DNA of 64,000 bases from an uncultured Ruficoccus sp. (lineage in GTDB: Bacteria; Verrucomicrobiota; Verrucomicrobiia; Opitutales; Cerasicoccaceae): assembly GCA_965140785.1 (NCBI GenBank), contig OZ223497.1, positions 128,001 through 192,000 of the forward strand, given 5' to 3'. Under the pieces are notes generated by a model, which was not told the DNA's origin, searched no databases, and saw only the letters and a program-made list of their open reading frames with translations. Made by a program: the position numbers and the translations under genes. Shown piece after piece: positions 59,245 through 64,000 of this stretch (the first letter of the stretch is position 1; each line of letters begins with the position of its first letter).

Positions 59245-59414
59245 CCCCCTCAAGGCTGCACTCGGGCGATGGCCCCTCCAGCCCAAGCCTTGGTTCACTA
59301 TTTTTACCTCACACTTTAATCACATCATTAACCCGTTCAGACTAACTCTCGACGCGGTACAGTTTGCGTATGCAGGTCAATGCCTTTCCAACCAGTGACA
59401 GTGAGTTACTCCAA

Positions 59415-60200
59415 TTGGCCGAGTGGATCGCTATGCCAGAAGCCTTTCGTGCGAAACACGCACCCCTGTTTCGATGAGAGTTCATACTGAGTGCCGAGGT
59501 AAGCTCAGCCTCTTTCATTATTTGCGGCCTCGGCTTCTATGAGGCTTTTATTAACGGGCAACGCATCGGAGACCATGTGTTGGACCCGGCGCAAACCGAT
59601 TACGACATTCGCGTCTTCTATGTGAGACACGATGTTACGCGCTTGCTCCAGCGGGGCACGAATACCCTGGGTGTCATGCTCGGTGACGGCTGGTTCAATC
59701 AGGATGTGTGCTGGGAAAGCACCATGAGCTATGGCCACCCGCGCTTTATCGCTGTTCTGTCGGTTGAATTGGCCGATGGGAGCTCCGTCGTCGTGGGCTC
59801 GGACCATTCCTGGATCTGTGCACGAGGCCCCATTGTCAGCTCCAATGTATATGCCGGAGAACACTACGATGCCCGTCTGGAACCTGTCGGCTGGGATAGA
59901 AACGATTTCGACCTCGATAAGGCCAAGCACGCCTTTCGGTGGATGCAAGCTCAGGTTGTGCCTGCCCCGGAGGGCAGGCTTGAGCCACAAATCATTCCTC
60001 CGGTCAAGCGAGTCGGAACCATTCGTCCCCGGGCTATCACGCGACCACATCCCGGGTGTCAGGTGGTTGACATGGGGCAGAATTTCTCCGGTTGGGCTCG
60101 CATCAATGTCACCGCTCCTGCGGGTACGACTGCCCTCGCTTTGTTGCCGGGAACTGAAACGTACACCGAACTCAATGCCGGTGATTATCACTTCAACTGA
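59415..60200 (+). pseudogene. GH78 alpha-L-rhamnosidase remnant (in-frame stop at 59475, catalytic core deleted)
   Basis: APLFR*EF, GLGFYEAFING, LDPAQTDY, LGDGWF, GEHYDAR, DMGQNFSGW, then directly a C-terminal-type end (AGDYHF). Confidence 0.8.
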
Positions 60201-60343
60201 ATTTCCAGGCTGATTCCGGGGGGCTGGATGCTTGGTTTGACTGCTCCAGCAGTCGCACCTGCTTATGGAAACTTAGGCGGCTCTTGCGGGTGTACATTTG
60301 CAGTAGCTTTTAGCGGATTTCGGGCCGCTTAGCTACGACAGCC

Positions 60344-60621
60344 CTAGAGCACTTTCGCTTTACTCAGTCGCACTCAGTGGGGAAATGTCTTGAAGGCTCG
60401 GCAGGCGGCTGGGGAGCGTAGCGGGCTGGAAGCCCGTAAGTCCCCCAGCCAACGCCGCGAGCCGCAAGACAGACCCCCATCCGAATGGACTGGCTGATTT
60501 TAAGCCTGGCGGCGTTCCTTTCAAGGGGCCAGGGCTTCCAGCCCAAGTCCCTTGAAAGAGCCTTGCCAGAACTTAAAATCAGCTCAGCCGAGTGCGGCAG
60601 ATTAAAGCGAAAGTGCTCTAG
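60344..60621. mobile_element. 278-bp MITE with perfect 19-bp terminal inverted repeats
   Basis: CTAGAGCACTTTCGCTTTA (60344-60362) / TAAAGCGAAAGTGCTCTAG (60603-60621); no coding capacity. Confidence 0.85.
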
Positions 60622-60623
60622 TT

Positions 60624-62129
60624 TTATTGGGTGGGCGGTGTGACCAGGGCGTATTCGAGGTCAAGTATCTTGGCGATTTCGATGAGCTCTGAAGCGTGAT
60701 GACCGACCCCGAGCGCGAAATGGTGCGTGGGGCCTTCAGCGACCCAGCGTTTGAGGAAGGTTCTGACGTCGGGCTCAAACACGCCGTGGGTATTGGTATT
60801 GCCGGTGGGGGGGATTGGGCGACGCGCGGAAAAACCTTCGGCGATAACAAATTTAAAGCCGCCGGCAGGAGTCTGTCCGATACTGAGCATCGTAATCGGG
60901 CCTTCCTTGATTCGAAACTCCACACCTGCTCCGCTGCCGGGTTTGCCGTGGTATTTGGTCAGGCTTCGGATGACGGGTTTGCCGTCGGCGATGTTGATGT
61001 GGTGAGGGCCATCGTGCCCGACTAATACGCTGTCGAGTTTGAAGTCGATTGGATGAAACTCCGCGAAACTGCCTCCGATTTCCAGGCGGTCCATGATTAG
61101 CATGGCGATGCAGGTTTTCAGGTCGAACTCGCCGCACATGGGGAAACCACTACCGATGAGGAGTGAATTTGCCACGATGAGATTGGTTACCAGTGTATGT
61201 AATTCTGACTCGCGGTCCGCTTCGTAGTAGTAGGCGAAGCCGTCCATGTGTTTTTCTTTGATCAGGCCATCCAGTGCGACTCCTGCTTTGGCCGCGTTTT
61301 CCAGGTCGAGGGGGGTGAGTTTTCGTGTGATGGGGTCAGACTCCGGATCTGGAGTAGCGAAAAAGGAAAGGATGCGCTCCTTCCAGGATTCAATTGCCGC
61401 TGGATCCTGGTCGTGGTAGTGGCGCATGAGGTCGCAGGGTTCCACGAGGGTGACGTGTGCTCCGAAGGCGGCGGTAATAGCGGTGGGGTCGGTGTGCATG
61501 TCGAGCATGGATTCAAGTACATGCCCCATGAGCCCGATCCGTGCGGTACGCAGACTACGCAGGACCCGCGCTATGCCGCACCAGTGTTTGATTTCCTCGT
61601 CCGCTTGCGGATCATCCTTTTCGTGTCCGAGAATGACGGGAGGAGGATTGCGCCCGAAGCGAATGGCGACACCTGTGAACTCTGGTACTGAGCAGAAGTC
61701 GTCGTTGCAAAGCTGCATGAACGTTGTTCCCCTGGCATAGTCCATGGCTTCAAGCGGCTGCAAGGCTACCAGTACAATGGGTGCGTCAATTTCCCGGCAT
61801 AGCACGCCGAAGGTGGAAGAGGTTCCATAGGTAACCATGTCCACGAATAAAATGTCTATGTCGGATGCCTTGATTTGAGGAACTATTTTATAGGCCTGTT
61901 GGGCATTATCCACCATGCCGAATTCGGCGACCTCAACTCTGTTTTTGATGAGCTTGTCTTTCAGGCAGCCTAGCTTGCGGTGCATTTCATCCATGAGCCC
62001 CTCGAATTGCGGCCAGTATACATGGTGGCCTATGCCCAGGAGTCCGATTCGGGCGCGCAACGGGTTGATGCGGGCCATGGGCTTTTTTTTGAGGAGGGCG
62101 GTTTCGGTTTCTTTGGTAATCGTGATCAT
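60624..62129 (-). CDS. L-fucose/L-arabinose isomerase family protein
   Basis: YWPQFEGL, LDMHTD, CGEFD, GHDGP, GPTHHFALGVGH. Confidence 0.85.
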   Translation of the reverse strand: MITITKETETALLKKKPMARINPLRARIGLLGIGHHVYWPQFEGLMDEMHRKLGCLKDKLIKNRVEVAEFGMVDNAQQAYKIVPQIKASDIDILFVDMVTYGTSSTFGVLCREIDAPIVLVALQPLEAMDYARGTTFMQLCNDDFCSVPEFTGVAIRFGRNPPPVILGHEKDDPQADEEIKHWCGIARVLRSLRTARIGLMGHVLESMLDMHTDPTAITAAFGAHVTLVEPCDLMRHYHDQDPAAIESWKERILSFFATPDPESDPITRKLTPLDLENAAKAGVALDGLIKEKHMDGFAYYYEADRESELHTLVTNLIVANSLLIGSGFPMCGEFDLKTCIAMLIMDRLEIGGSFAEFHPIDFKLDSVLVGHDGPHHINIADGKPVIRSLTKYHGKPGSGAGVEFRIKEGPITMLSIGQTPAGGFKFVIAEGFSARRPIPPTGNTNTHGVFEPDVRTFLKRWVAEGPTHHFALGVGHHASELIEIAKILDLEYALVTPPTQ

Positions 62130-62411
62130 GGACGTTCTTTTATTGGCTAGGAAATGCACATCGGCAGTTCGTCCTCGGTTGTTGTTGAAGGCTGGTGTTG
62201 GTTTTCTCGCTTTCGTATGTGCCTGTATGCGGTTTCAGGGACGGATTGTTTTAGCCGTGACGATGGGCACCGGACTCTCCTGGAGAGAGTTCGTTTTTAG
62301 GTATGGCCTACTGTTTACTAATGGCAAGCAAATAAATGCATTCAAGGGGTACTCTGTTATTCCTTTTATTATTTAGCTTTGTGGGGATATTTGATGATTT
62401 ACTGGGCATTT

Positions 62412-62442
62412 ATTTAAACATAAATTGAAAAATTGTTTAAAT
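62412..62442. promoter_or_regulatory. Inverted repeat ATTTAAACA-N13-TGTTTAAAT upstream of the isomerase
   Basis: Perfect 9-bp arms in an AT-rich promoter region. Confidence 0.45.
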
Positions 62443-62647
62443 TATACAAACAAGTGGGCTATTTGGTAAGACTGCGCGGTGGATGCCGCTTGCCTTAAGT
62501 CAACCTGTTCTGTCGGTTTCCTTGGCATGGCGATTTCTCTCTCGCAATGATGGTGGGGTAATTATGGCTGCTACCCGATAAATCTCCCCGGGCGTGCCGT
62601 CTGATAGGGCTGTTTGGGTGGTCCTGTTGGGGCTGACCCTTTCGGTT

Positions 62648-62716
62648 TGACCGTGTCCACGTAAACTGGTCCGCTTGCAAAGTTAGTCTGAGTGCTTAGA
62701 AAGGACTCAGACGATG
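62648..62716 (+). mobile_element. Possible IS3-type left end remnant
   Basis: TGACC...AAACTGGTCC, hairpin GTCTGAGT/ACTCAGAC over AAGGA, then ATG AAA; abuts the truncated LacI. Confidence 0.35.
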
Positions 62717-62721
62717 AAAGG

Positions 62722-63739
62722 CACCCGAAGATACCTTCCGCGACCCGGGAGCGCATCGCCCGACTGGCTGAGAAGCTCGGGTACCGCCCGGACCCGTAGC
62801 GCTCAAAGCTGATGGCGGCGATCAGCTCCCCCAAGCCGTTGGGAGTGGCGTTGGGCTTCATTCGCAGCGGCTCGACGAGGGACTGGGATCCGATTGAAAA
62901 AATCTTTCACGACGAAATCCAGCGCGAGGCCGATGCCAGCGGTTACCGCCTGGAATCCTTCTGGCTATTTAATCCCCTGAGCACGCCGGAGAAAGTCAAT
63001 GCGACGATGTGGAACCGCGGCATCGAGGGACTCGTCATCCCCATGATCCACCCGCGGCAGTACCATGACCAACTGCGCACCCTGCCGATCCAGTGGGACA
63101 AGTTCTGCGCGGTGGAGATCGCCGATACTCTGCACGAGCCGAAGCTCAACGGCATTCGGCACAATCACTTCGGCGGCATGCTCCAGACCCTCAGCGAACT
63201 GGAGGCTCTTGGCTATCGGAGAATCGGCCTGTGTATGATCTCGGACCTGCAATTACGTACGCACCACAGGTGGACAGCCGCCTACCTGCTGTGGAAAACC
63301 ATGCGTGGGCTGACGGACGATCTGCCGATGCTTTTCCCTCCCGAACTCGAGTCCGGGCAGATTTGCGACTGGGTCGAGCGCCACGACCTCGACGCCGTCG
63401 TTAGCCCTGGGATCGAAGTCCTCGCCATGCTACGCGAGCGCGGCGTGCGCGTCCCGCAGGATGTCGGTTTTGCTACTCTCCACCAGTGGGGCGAAGGCTC
63501 GGAGAACGTCACCGGGATCAACCAGAACATGCCCGCGCAGGCGAAGATCGCCATCGACATGCTGATCGGCCTGATTTACCGCCGAATCCTTCGGTGTGCC
63601 TTCACACCCGATCATCGCGACGGACCCGGGCTACTGGCACATCGGTACCACTACCCGGCGTGCCCGACGCAGTCATCAGGTCGCCTATTTGGATAATGAG
63701 CGGCTCACCCGCGATATTGTACTAAATGCCTCTGAGTAG
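62722..63739 (+). pseudogene. LacI-family regulator pseudogene
   Basis: HTH missing; HPKIPSATRERIARLAEKLGYRPDP then TAG at 62797; frameshift near 63583. Confidence 0.75.
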
Positions 63740-63810
63740 TGAGACTTCGATATTAGCCGACTTCGATTAACCTCGCTTGTTGATTCCGGAGTAGTTGTTT
63801 AGGCAAGATC

Positions 63811-63920
63811 ATTGTTAAGCTGGCTCCAAGCACTCCTTACCTCAATGCCTACTCTGAGATGCCGAACCATTGGTTGGACATTACCACAAAGAACGCCCGT
63901 ACGAAGGCCTGGAAATAACC
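63811..63920 (+). mobile_element. Degenerate remnant of a related integrase-core transposase
   Basis: IVKLAPSTPYLNAYSE and HYHKERPYEGL with the intervening part missing. Confidence 0.6.
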
Positions 63921-64000
63921 TGATCGATTTTCCCGAGCAGCCTAAAAGCTTTGGGCGACTCTGCTGCGAGAGGGTTTACCGAAAAGTTCTGCTTTCGAGG

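Noticed and set aside
1..64000. CRISPR array or cas genes
   Set aside because: No regularly spaced repeat-spacer series; repeats are dispersed kb apart or are tandem without spacers

Overview
High-GC accessory region, most likely from a Verrucomicrobiota (Opitutales-like) genome; this is inferred from the PEP-CTERM, prepilin/H-X9-DG and PVC-type LacI genes. It is organised as carbohydrate-utilisation modules: A (about 6.1-16.8 kb), B (about 17.2-35.7 kb) and C (about 37.7-50.5 kb), plus decayed modules at both ends. Each intact module has its own LacI regulator, its own repeated palindromic operator, one PEP-CTERM protein, one prepilin-like H-X9-DG protein and CAZyme-like genes. Module borders coincide with copies of one integrase-core (DDE) transposase and/or a ~110-bp repeat ending in a tmRNA/tRNA-Ala-like 3' end (GTCCCGCCACCTCC). 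The transposase copies are studded with 23-42-nt GCGWAGC mini-hairpin inserts. One insert has a translational-bypass-like layout, and one pair has recombined to delete 847 bp. Also present are a highly structured 278-bp MITE, several internally deleted genes, dinB, and a cluster of single-base frameshifts at 19.8-25.5 kb that may be sequencing errors. No rRNA, complete tRNA, CRISPR array or tyrosine/serine integrase was seen. All protein family calls come from motif recognition by eye, not from database searches.
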